A DNA stretch of 58,745 nucleotides, filler included, from Sphacelaria rigidula (taxonomy: Eukaryota), in NCBI GenBank assembly GCA_964200075.2. It is 9 parts of 9 records of this genome, joined end to end, with 100 filler letters (N's around TTAATTAATTAA, not from the genome) between each part and the next. Parts side by side here need not be neighbours in the genome. Positions count along the whole stretch, not along the records: positions 13,079 to 19,517 come from CAXNAA020020057.1; positions 19,618 to 26,055 come from CAXNAA020020058.1; 7 more parts are not named here. One strand, written 5' to 3'. The number at the start of each line of letters is the position of its first letter. Position 1 is the first letter of the stretch. Of this stretch, positions 13,079 through 24,273 are shown piece after piece. The position numbers and the translations under genes are program-made. Below the pieces are notes generated by a model. That model searched no databases, was not told the DNA's origin, and worked only from the letters and a program-made list of their open reading frames with translations.

Positions 13079-15084
13079 TATTGATCCACAACAAGCTTGT
13101 TCGAATAACCGTTGCTGCTTTCAACGACGATCTGACCCGAAATTCCGAGCAACAAATGGCCCAAAATACCCCCCACCCTATCGTAGGATGACTCCAAGTT
13201 AGCATGTCCCGTGAGAGGGAGGAGTTGTTGTCCCGCCGACACAGAATGTTCTGTGTCGGCTGGTGCGCCAAAAGGGGGAACATTTCGGCAAGATAATGGC
13301 CCGTACGTGCTGGCATGCCATCTCGGCGAACTAGTGCAACTTCAAGAAGTTGCGGGTCGTCGGAGACTGTTATACCCACACTACCGTTATATCGTAGGTG
13401 GTAAGCAGCTCCGGTTGCTTGAGGATTCTTCTCATAAGCCAGGGCGCCGTGGAGAGTACCGAAGTGTTCGAGGTTGAATTCCCCACGCGGTGGGGAATGT
13501 GGCGTTAATGGTGGAAGCGTGCGGTAGGTGCGTTTATTAAACCGCATATAGCTATCTCTGCCCAATAATACGGCGTGATGCATGGTGTTACCGGGGACAA
13601 CGTATGCCCAAACTGCCAGGCTGGCAGATCGAGTGGTGTTGTGAAAGATTTGCACACTGAGACGTACGGATTTTCGGGTCGTCAGCGGCGCGGCAGAGTC
13701 ACCGAAACCGCCCCACACGCGAGGTTTGGTGGTGGTTTCGCAAGCTGCAGTAGCAGCGCCGGTCTGTTTCATGTGTTTCCATGTTGATTCTCGAATAAAC
13801 GTTTGCAGGCTGCCGCTGTCCAAGAAGGATACGCATTTCGTCGGCGTGATAGCGTTTGGACCGGCATGGATCGCAACGCAAGTAGTAAAGTGGCCGAATC
13901 GACAGATACTTGCCGCCGACAAGATCCGGACCGTGTTCCGGCAAGGTAAACTGGTCAGGATCAGCGGGGCTGACAGGAAAAACGCACGGCGGATGATCCG
14001 CCGGTGGGTCAGATGTCTCCCCAGAGAAGGGGGTGGACGGTATACTATTTCCAGGTGTAGCACGGTCATGGGCGATTTCGTAAATTATCGTCTTTGGTTG
14101 ACAGGGATCATCGTCAAAGGGGGATCCAGGATGTGCGGGGCTGGAGTCGTCGATTGAAGAAGTAGTGCCGTCGGAATGTTGTGATTTGATTTCTTTCGGG
14201 ATACTTAATAAAGCCATCCAGCTCAAAGTCGTCGCATTTTGGAGAGATTGAGGTCGAGGATTTCCGCTCGAAAGAGGTGTACGTAATGATGCGCGCGCGT
14301 CCTTGGGGGCATGCTTACGGGGCTTTCTCTTTCGCCGTGACAAAGGTCGGGGAACTTCCAAAACATTTGGGGATGATACCACAACTGCGTCCAGTTGCGT
14401 GGATGGGGTCAGCATCGGGGCATGACGGAGCGAAACTTGTGGGCTGCTTTCCGTAGGCAAGTTTGGCTGTTGGGGCATAGCCGAAGATATGTTGGGGCGG
14501 TTGTTAATAAAACCGGCCGAAGGTAGGTCCGTGCGTTTTAAAAAGCGCGGGGAAGGAGCCCGATCGAACTGATTAGGAATTACATGATCCGATGTGGTCA
14601 GGTTCAAATCAGCAACACTTGGGTCAGCTGAAAAAGGCTTGCTGCTATCTGTGCGTGCGGTCGCTGAGGGAAGCCTTTGCCTCAGGGACTGGCGGTTGGT
14701 CTTCCCACACCTCAGACTTATACTCGGTACTGAAGGACCAAGTTCAGTGCCGGGTGTAGATCTGAGTCGCGGGGTGACACAACTGTTACGCGGTGTGTGG
14801 AGGAATGAAGACGTAGGTCGATATGAACGGCCGTCAGATGCACTCCTGCATAGTGCCGGGAGAGCCGGGCGGACAATCTTGGTCGCGGGCTCTGTGGGCT
14901 GTGTTAAAAATTTTGTGGAGGTTCGAGACGGGGGTCGATATGAACGGCCGTCAGTTACGCTCCTGGATAGTGCCGGGGCAGTCGAGTCAGCAATTTTTGA
15001 CACGGACTCCTCGGGCTGTGTTACAAAAGTCTTCGCTCGTGCTATCGACGGCGTGGAAGAGCGAAGAATGCCGGCGTCGGCACG
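13079..15084 (-). pseudogene. pol: Post-stop linker plus aspartic protease (copy A)
   Basis: FLDSGSLQTFI active site and HAVLLGRD retropepsin motif. Two 1-nt deletions near 13890-13910 relative to copy B shift the frame between HGPDLVGGK and FTT. Confidence 0.8.
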
Positions 15085-16987
15085 TCATGGATCTGAGCGA
15101 TCCGAAGTGAAGGTACCAGGATTTCTGGTGTTGAGATTAGAACTTTGTGTCGGCCCCGTCCGCTGGTGTCTATCAGCGGAACGTTTGTTGTCGCGAGAAT
15201 TTTGATCGTTCTGGCGAGGGTTTCCGTGATTGTTGTTGTGTCGGCGACCGCGATTAGAGCTTTTTTTGCCACGTTGGTTCGAATTGCTGCGGCAATTTTG
15301 AGTTGGTGGACGATAATCGCGCATGCGTTTTTTCCATCGGCGCCACGCGGGTTCATTGTCCTGCAATTCAGGGTTCATGAGATCAAAGGCATTGATGCAT
15401 GGACTGTCACAGTCGCGCATGCTGTGGCCCTGAACACTACAGTTGATACAACTGTTGGCATGGCTGCTGAAGGCATTGCGTCTAGCGGAAGACGAAAGAA
15501 GTGGGTTCCACAAATGGGGGTCATCGGTTATGAATGCCGTGGTTGAAGTCAGATAAACATCATCCCAAGCTTCCTCGGAGAACGGCCAACCGTCAAAACT
15601 CGCGCTAAATGCATCTCTGGTACTCTGAACATGCATAACTGAACCGGCGACTGAGTCGGGGGTCCATGAAGCGCGAGACGAGCTCGAATTCCTGCCGCGA
15701 GCCCCTTGGGCATGAGCGGAGGACACAACCGTAGGTTGTGAACGCGCAGACGTTGAAGGTTTGCCACGTATGGCAGGTGTGAGATTACTTTCCTGGTGTA
15801 CAAAAGCAGACCACATAGTATCAACGGAGGCGTAAGGCACCTCGCGATGCGCCAAGACACCCGGAAACAACGACGGCATCAAAGCCGGATACTGTTGAGC
15901 AACGCTATTGCGAACGTAAGTCTGACACATTGCATCGCTCGGTCCATTCTGGCGTCCGACACCCGTCGTACCCGAAACCAAAAGCTTAAATTCGCGGAGA
16001 TAATCCGCGAAGGGGACATCAGATGCGACGACAAAAGAGCTCAGCCTCTGGATGACGCTGGCTTGATCACTTTTATCAAAGTAACCTATGAGACGCCTTT
16101 CCAGATCAGAGAGTAGCTGCAGGACTGTCTTCCCTTGGGAACGATCCGGATCCATCTCGGCGAGGAATCCGTCGAGCACCTGCGTCAAAGAAGCAGCGAG
16201 GTCGGGAGAGCGGCGGCTGATCGATCGGTGCATTGCTTTGTGCCAGGGAGTTTGCCAGCCCTCTAACCAATCTGAGTCTTCGAAACGTTGTGTGCCAGTC
16301 ACATCCGCCAAGTGAAGGATGTTACAAACAGTGCGGTGGATTGACATGATAAGGGCAGAAGTAAACTGGCCCGAATCTTTGTTATCCGCGGCAGGCATGG
16401 TTTTGATGTGCCAGAGTTTTTTCACATCCATCTGAATATACTGTCTCTGTATTGCAGCTACTCGGGTAGACTCAGCTCGATCGGAAGCTGCTTTTTTTTT
16501 CGCTTCTGAACGTTCTTTGTCAGCCGCGGCGGTTGCTAAAGCGCGGGCTACAGTAGAAGCCAAAGGACGGTCAGGTGCATCCGTATCAGACAAACCTAAA
16601 GTGCGAGCCGAAACATCAGCCAACTTAGGGACCACTTGCCTGGGGGTCTCCGAGCCCGAGGCGGAAAGAGCTGCACGGGACCGGTTCCAGGCCGATGCGG
16701 ATGAGCCAGATGAATTGCCGCCGGTATGCTTGCCTTTCGGCTTGCGGGGCGGCCGGTTTGGTCCGGAGCTGCCCGAAGAGGATCCTCCGCCGCCATGGCG
16801 GCGGCGTGTATTCCCTCCATCATTATCATCGTCGTCGCGGCGGTGATTTTTCTTGTGTGCCCGACAGGTGGATGTCGCGGGAGTCCACCCATCGTCATCT
16901 TCGTTCCCGTCCGTAGTGGCGCCGGGAGGAGAGTCAGAAGCGGCGCGCAGCGCCGTAAAAAGTTCGGTGATGTGTTTAACGTAGCGC
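15085..16987 (-). CDS. gag: Gag (copy A); frame is open upstream of the ORF-track start at 16635
   Basis: CINCSVQGHSMRDC is a CX2CX4HX4C knuckle; capsid-like FADYLREFKLLV. The upstream FTALRAA aligns with FTAMRAA of copy B. Confidence 0.8.
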
Positions 16988-17322
16988 TAGATGTTCGGAC
17001 CATCGCCAATGCATCTTCATGACAGCTCGAACAACGGAACATAAATCGACAAGTTACCGTTCGTATTAGAAAACAATGCACATGGAACGCTTTGCAGCTT
17101 GGAATACACACATTTTGATGGAAAGAAGCTTCTCCGGGCCCCCATGTGTGTTGTACCCGCCTGTAAATGTCTTTCCTCGTTCATCGATGCCTGGCTGGGG
17201 GACAGAAAAGCCGCCCTCCCTCCGGTTTTCAGAATCGTTTCAATTTTGTGGATGCAGATAATAAAAATCAAACTCTCTAGCTTTCACAGGTCTTGCGACT
17301 TCGATGCAGTTGGTTAGCGTGC

Positions 17323-19112
17323 CACACGCGGCCATTCGGCTACCCCCTTAAAATCCTCTATCGCGATTTTCATCCTCTCGAGGGTAAAGTGACCCTCGGG
17401 AGGATAAAAAAATATCCTCTAGGGGGTATTTCATATTTGGTTCCGGTCATGAAAATAATCCTCTGGAGGGCATCTGATGCTTCAGTGACTTCTGAGGTCT
17501 GAATCCCTCCAGAGTACCAAAAATATGGTGCTCTGGAGCACGTGGTTTTCGTGAACGTCCCTTAAAGGGAAATATGAACATCATTCCTCTGGCGGGAGGA
17601 CCGACTATGGCCTCTAAGGCATTTGTTGCGACTCCGGAAGACGTAGCCGTGCAGTATCCTCCAGTGTACATGAGCACTTGTGCACTTGTGTCCTAACTGC
17701 TTCCAGGGGACCTTTGGGATCATCACGCCAGAAAAAATATATGTATCACCCGCAGTTCACAGATTGAATTGCAAACCCGACAACACTTATTCCCAGCTAT
17801 AATACCACCACAAAAACACCGCAGCAAAGAGCACGACTTGGGCACAGGGATATAGATACACACTGCAGTAGTTGAGCATGATGTATGTCTTGTTGGTGGA
17901 AGTTTGAACGTGAGCAGCGAGTTATGGTGCGGGCGACAACCGGCGGCGGTTTACTGCATACACACCAATGGACAGTGCAGGCAGACAAAGCTGCGCACAC
18001 TGTTCAAGTCCTTTTTCACGTCGCACTGTGAGCAGAAAACATACATACAGCCCTGCGCTGTCTGTACTGTACTTTGTCCGCTTTCCTTTCACGTCCAACT
18101 GACTGCAGCGGTGAGCACGCTGCAAGAACGGGCATCCTGATGTACACTCAGTAGCTGACGGTATGTAACACCCCATGCACCCAAAGTTACAGGCATCCAC
18201 TTTGTCTAGCCATACATGGCGCATATGCCGCGCTAACTCTGCAGTATATTGTACAGCACGTATATAAGCACGATATGATACTGTCCTACACGGTGTTGTG
18301 CTGGTCAGTACAGCATCAAACCATGCTTTTTGTTGTGATGGTCATATCGCCATCAACGTACAGGATCAACCGCGATCATAATGTTTCGCGTGTTCACTCG
18401 AAAAAATGGTTCACTTTGGTGTTCGAATGGTGAACACAGGACTACGGGGTTTCCAAGCTTGTATGTTCAAATATATGAGGTTCATATAGGATATGCATCA
18501 TGACCACAAGCTAAAGCTACATAGCATGGCTGTGTGTACATACATTCGCAGTCGGTGTATGGGATTTGAAACCAGTCGAGGCTGATGAAGACTTCGATCC
18601 GCTTGACCAAGTTATGAAATAGGGGGCAAGAGGATGAGTTCTCAACGACTTCTTCTGTCTCTCGACTCTCATCCACCGATACCGTGCCGTATGTGGGAGT
18701 TGAACAGCAAAAACTGCTCGAAAATAAGAGTCTTTTTTTGCCCAATTCAAGGTGTTGGGCAAAATGTGGATTTGTTTCGAACAGTTTCTGGTGTACAAAT
18801 TCCATTTGCGAGTGTATATGGGATTTGCACAGCCTCTGCTGTTCGAAATAAATCATTTCGGCCTGATTCCAATAATTTGGAATCAGGACTCATTTCGAAC
18901 AGCTTTGTAAATTCCAGATTTCCATAGCACTTGTGCCTCCAAAAACAATCCAGAGAATTTTCATATCGACACAGACCTTCGAGGGCCCCAACATTGAAAA
19001 TCCTCCAGAGGATTACGAATACCCAAGATCTTCTGGGGGGGATTTTAAAACGGACGGAACCGAGGATGACGTTTGAAAATTCCTCTACGAAGTAGCCGAA
19101 TGGCCGCGTGTG
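17323..19112. mobile_element. 1.79-kb non-autonomous TIR element
   Basis: Perfect 21-bp TIRs cacacgcggccattcggctac / gtagccgaatggccgcgtgtg and many aaaatcctc/gaggat subterminal motifs. The TSD is not clean, so the superfamily is unassigned. Confidence 0.75.
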
Positions 19113-19149
19113 TGACCACGTCCTCCTGACATCGGAGTAATTATTACTT

Positions 19150-19517
19150 ATGGGCAGCTACTACTCGTACTGCGACCACACACGTGGCCACTGGGGGGAG
19201 GCTCCAGGACCTTGCAGGCACCTTGCGCAACCTGGCCCGGCAAGGTAGGTTATCCACCTTTGGCAAGGTGGAGGTTGCGCACGGTACGTTGCACAAGGTC
19301 GTGGAAGGTCGTGGAAGGTCTGGTAAGGTACGTTGCACAAGGTCCTGCAAGGTACATTGCACAAGGTCCTGTATGGTACCTTGCACAAGGTTCTGTAAGG
19401 TAGCTTACACCAGGTTGCGCGAGGTACCTTACACCAAGGTCCAGCATTTGGACAGGTGTCGACGTCTCCAACACGTTGGAGTCAGAAATATGAAGCTTTC
19501 CTTGCAGTTGATCATGT
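19150..19517 (+). repeat. ~24-bp tandem repeat block (ggtacgttgcacaaggtcctgcaa-like), probably part of an LTR
   Basis: Repeated gtac(c/g/a)ttgcacaaggt units between ~19205 and 19440. The LTR assignment is inferred from recalled brown-algal repeats and was not verified. Confidence 0.55.
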
Positions 19518-19711
19518 NNNNNNNNNNNNNNNNNNNNNNNNNNNNNNNNNNNNNNNNNNNNTTAATTAATTAANNNNNNNNNNNNNNNNNNNNNNNNNNN
19601 NNNNNNNNNNNNNNNNNTATCCGTCGGTTTTCGTGGTTAGGTGTGTCGGTGCTGTGCTACCTCTTGCGTCTCGCCACTTCTAGAACCGCCGCATTTTTCA
19701 CCTGTGCGCAG

Positions 19712-20373
19712 ATCTGGGCTTCGATCTGAACAAAACCGCTTGTCGATAAGAAGAAGCAACGGCCGGGGTATATCTGCCTGTACAGGTAGGTCCTCAGAAC
19801 CTGCGTGTACCATACAACTAGTTCCACAACACGTTCGAATAGAGCCTCCAGTCTAAAAAAGAGATCAATTTTTAATTCACCCGCCACCCCTCAATAGAGA
19901 CGAAACAATAGTCGTTTGCTTCATGTGCACATGCACCTGTACAGTTTGCTACCGAGGTAGCTGGAACCGTCACATGCTAGTCTATCTGGCCGTGTCAGTC
20001 AAGCACTTCTTCACGTCAGACACCGGACGATAAAGTACACTATATCGCGCAACTCGCGCTTCGTGTAGTGTTGAAGAGAAGTGACGGAGGGGGGGGGAGT
20101 GGGATCTTTAACCCATATCTTGTGAAGCGGGAGCTCGGATCGACGGTATATGCGGACCAGACATGGGGGTGGGCAGGAACGAACGGTGTATTCGAGCGTT
20201 TTTGGTAGTCCTTCTTTGGTTGCAACCAGGAGTACTGAGGCTTGCGCAAGCCAGAATACAAGCTTCGCGTCGAGAAAGATTACGTGATGAACGACGGCAG
20301 TTGTTGGAGGAGATCGACGACGAATCAGCGGGAGCATGCCCCACCTGTGATGAACTCTTCGGAAGTCTACCAG
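19712..20373 (+). CDS. Two putative internal exons (19712-19785, 20230-20373), unknown protein
   Basis: gcgcag|..CAG|GTAGGT and aaccag|..CAG|GTTAGT. The phase-1 join gives ...ISACT-G-VLRLAQARIQASRRERLRDERRQLLEEIDDESAGACPTCDELFGSLP (coiled-coil plus CxxC). Confidence 0.4.
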
Positions 20374-20868
20374 GTTAGTAGCTGCTTGGCGATGTAATGT
20401 GCTGTACTGTGCTGCAGTATGACGCTCTGCTGCAGTTTTTCAGAGGCATGCCGCGACGCTTCGACCGCACAACGAATTACCTATGCTGCGATGGGGGTTG
20501 CACTTTTTGTTTTTTGGTCTCGATTTTGTAGGAACCGATATTCGTGGGGCTTGTCCAACCCAATTCTCCGGGGACACGACATGGAGATGCACACAGGAGC
20601 CTCTTCGTGAATCGGCATCATTTTCAGTTTTTTTCACGTGAAAATGATGCCGATTCTCAAAATGATGCTTGCAACACCCTTAGAAACATTTTCGCTCAAA
20701 AGGTGCAACCCTATCTTAGCATAACTCATTATATTTGATATTTGCCACGAGCTTCCTTTTCCGTGCCAGCCTCTCCTCATCATGGTATCAAAGACCGTTT
20801 CAACGTTAGGCGTCTCCCTGAATGCCTTGTACCACGTTTCTCTTTCTCCCTTCTTGTGGACTATTAGA

Positions 20869-21072
20869 GGTATCTCAAACTCGGCTCCAGGTATCCTGGT
20901 TTATTCGCTGACCCTGATTTGTGTACTTTTTTTCAAGTGAAAGTGATCGGATTCATGCGAGGTCCTGACCTGGCGGTCAAGGGGTCACAATCATCTGATG
21001 AGTCAACATCACTTTCACTTGAAAGAATAGAACAAAACAAACCAGGATACCGGGAGCCGAGTTTGAGATACC
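20869..21072. mobile_element. Palindromic MITE (~200 bp) followed by three ~24-bp direct repeats (21081-21145)
   Basis: ggtatctcaaactcggctccaggtatcctggttt / aaaccaggataccgggagccgagtttgagatacc; inner ttcaagtgaaagtgat / atcactttcacttgaa. Confidence 0.75.
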
Positions 21073-23549
21073 CCCAGTAAGCAAGGAGATCTGGGTACTT
21101 TTGAGCAAGAAAATCTGGGTACTTTTGAGCAAGAAGATCTGGGTGGGTGCCTGATACCCGGGCTACCGGCCAGCATTTGATTGGCCATGCTCCCCGCGGC
21201 CACGTGCGAAACACCATGGTCTAAGTAGTAAGACGCTTTTTACGAGGAAGATCTGGGCTGACCCCGCGTTGACCACGTTGTGAGGATGGTGATGAAGACA
21301 TTTTCGGTGGCGTGAGGCCTCAGCGGCGGGACAATCGGTCGCTTTCAGGGGTGTGAAAAAACCTCCATCTATATATAGTATCTATTTGGTCGTCGATCGT
21401 TTCGTGCAGTGAGCTCTAACAACAACGGCAGCAACTTGAGATGCACGGCCCCTGTGCTCCTTTCTTCATGTTGCGCGTCGAGTTTGAAAATCGAGTGCCA
21501 CCCCCTTAAGTGCGAATGGCCACCTGCGGCGGCACCCTATCTTCTGAGGGTAGCTGTATGTACTCCCTTTCTTCTCTATTGTTGATTCCTGTTGAGCTTG
21601 TATCGCGTTTTGTGAGTTTTAATTTTTTGTTTTTTGCTAGCCTGTGACCACGGAAGGCGTTTGCATCGGATCCTCAGTACGAATGTACCGCGCAGATATC
21701 AGAACGGTTTTTTATGTAAAGACAGCAGCAGTAAGAACAAGATGCCACGAGGTAGCCGTTGCCAGGAGTTGAACATTCCGGGCAATACACTCTTCTATTG
21801 AAGCCCTGCCGTCGTCCACGAGCTACTGTACTGGATATTTATCACGGTCTCGCGCACAGCTCGTGATGGGCGACTCTGGCGGACCGACATTTTTCTTGTA
21901 ATGGGTCGTGCACAACCGCCCCAATTGGGAGCAGATGACAAATTCGGTCACACGTAGGGTGCCGCAGGTGGCTGTGTAGAATTGCATACACAGAATTTAC
22001 CTCTTACCCCGTGGTTATCCATCCTTGTTGGGATCGGACATTCATCTCCACGACGATACCGACATAGCAGAAGTGCTGTCTCACGAGTGCACGCATTTTT
22101 CTGCTAGTTTGCTTGCACGTGGAATAATGTTGGATATAAGCTCATCTTCGACATGGAACAATGTATACATTCAAATGATGATTTGATATATATACCCACA
22201 CACCAAGAACATCAGGGGGCATGGAAACAGTTCGTTCGAATTTATCCAAACACGCAATGTAAGGGGGATCTGGGTATTGATTGCTTGTGAAAACAACTCG
22301 TGCCTGCTCCGATAGCTTCTGGCCTCAGTGTGAGTTGGCAGCAGCTACTGAATCGTGGGGAGTGCCGGGGTATCCCATACCGTGGTATGCGTAGACATCA
22401 TAGGTATGAGTTTTGAAAATATCGGATTGGGCGGATACGGTAGGTATTGAAATCTCGTAGTATCGTGGTGTCGTAGGTATTGTTGGTGTTGTTGTTGTCT
22501 TCACATTGAAAAATCGTTCCGGTGTCGGCGCAGTGCTGGACTGGGCATCTGATCGTAGTTGTGCGTTTTGAAAAAGTCGGATCGGGCGGATACGGTAGAT
22601 GGTGAAATCTCGAAATACCGTGGTATCGTAGGTATGACATTTGAAAATACCGGATTGGACAGGTATCGGTAGGGTATGATATATCCTAAATACCGGTACA
22701 GGGTACCTACCTCACCTACGGTGCCCGTGTTGTTGTATTCAGAACGCGACTGGCGTAACCATTCATAACCTTTAGTGTTTTACACTCGCTGTTCGACTGC
22801 TGCCGAGATAGCCCCCCCCCCGAACCGGCCAAAAAAGTGCACGGCGGCGATGATCATAAATGCCGTCAGAGATGGTTTCGCTCTGCACGACGCGACTCAT
22901 TTGGGCGTTATAGCTGATTTCGGACTGCTACACGCCTCTCATGTGGTTGAAATCGCTGCAAACGAGTTCAATAGTGGGATCGCAGCCGGTTTGTCAGACG
23001 GTCTCCGGCACTTTCCGGTCTCCGGCAGTTTTTATGGGGGTGCCATCTCGGCATTAGTCGTTCACTAGGATCGTATGCCGCCTTCCTCATCCGAGTGTAC
23101 CCTTACCCCTTGGGGAACTCAAGTGCTGATTCTTGTTCTGTGAATCTTTGTGAATCGGTATCATCTTCACTTGAAAATGATGCCGAATCACCAAAACAAA
23201 AATCAGCACTCCCTAGGGGTCTAGTTCCCAAAGGGTTACTGTCCCGTACATGTGCACAATCAAAATACACCCACCCCGTGATCACACTCGGCGGTACTCG
23301 TCAACCATGCCAAGTGTTCTGGAAACCTTGGGGGGCTGAGATACTCTACTGTATCGGTATTGATTTTGGCAACCCCTCAAAGCAGCGGTACCGTCCACAC
23401 AAGTTCTGGGGTAGCCAACCGATGACTGAGAAAATACCTTTTCCTTGTACTTCTGTTCTGACTCGGATATTTCAAGGGCTTACAGTCCCGAGCTCGCAAC
23501 TCTTTGATACAGTACAGTATAGCTCTTGTGCGGGGTGTGCAGCGCGTGT

Positions 23550-24273
23550 TCAGGTGAAACCGATATCCGATGGGCGCACAGCGTGAAGGCCTCCAGGGGC
23601 GTTCGAAACAACCAGTCCCAGCGGCGAAACGACGCTTGCGCAGTACAGTGTTAAAGTAACCCACAGTAAACGCGTCTGGGTGACGAAGACATTTCGGACT
23701 CGAAAACGGGCGTTCATCATACCTGAATATTGTCTCATGCCCGATCTCGTCAGGCCGTTCATCATGCTCCCGAGTGGTTCTAATCACGTGAAAATATCCT
23801 GAGGTTTGAACAATTTCGAAGTGCCCCCCTCCATCTCATCCAATAATCACTTATGAAATATGCAATAGCACGCCACGATTGGCATTACGATGGCGGGCTT
23901 GGGGTACATGCGTTATCAGATTGATCTGCAGTTCATAGCGATGCGCTCAAGTCGCGCTGATTAGGGAACCTTGATTACCTGTGGTGCAGAAAGCGGGCGT
24001 AGAATATGCTACTGGCTCAGCTCGTATTCGCGCGGGTAATGCACTGTAGTATGGATCAATTGTGGCCCATCGCCGGTTCAATCTATTGTACTGCATTATC
24101 ATGTGGTCTTCCGCCGTAAAAGGGCTGCCGTCGTCCTTTCCTGTTTCCACATGTTCTTCCTCGTCAGGGCTCGATTTTTTCATCTGCGAAGGTTGTATAC
24201 GAGCAACTCGAGAGCCAAATCTTTGGATTTGAGAGCGCCACTCGTACAAACCCGCCCGCGCATCGACGAGCAC
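23550..24273 (-). CDS. Three 3' exons of an uncharacterised protein (~24273-23979, 23798-23723, 23634-23550)
   Basis: CAG|GTAATC..CTCAG|GA (phase 1) and AG|GTATGA..GCAAG|C (phase 2) give ...STPAFCTT-G-YFHVIRTTREHDERPDEIGHETIF-S-VVSPLGLVVSNAPGGLHAVRPSDIGFT*. The 5' side abuts a repeat at ~24284. Confidence 0.5.

Larger units (their letters stand above)
13079..16990 (-). mobile_element. Ty3/gypsy-like LTR retrotransposon, gag-linker-protease portion (copy A, decayed, truncated by contig end)
   Basis: Order is gag with CCHC knuckle, S/P/T/R-rich linker, retropepsin. Collinear with the element at 45770-51897. RT and integrase would lie beyond the contig end. Confidence 0.85.

Noticed and set aside
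13885..13915. Programmed frameshift before the protease in copy A
   Set aside because: Copy B is in frame here (GGKVSVDPATFTT). Copy A simply has two 1-nt deletions.
14980..15088. AUGA stop-start (termination-reinitiation) at the end of gag
   Set aside because: The overlapping ATG frame closes after ~33 codons (copy A) and ~40 codons (copy B). The conserved long frame is the one in phase with gag.
14594..15205. Conserved antisense ORF (also 47395-47616)
   Set aside because: Explained by nucleotide conservation on the GC-rich sense strand. Lengths and starts are not conserved between copies.
19150..19517. CRISPR-like array (also 21081-21145, 30000-30210, 51400-51690)
   Set aside because: Tandem repeats without unique spacers, no cas genes, eukaryotic context.
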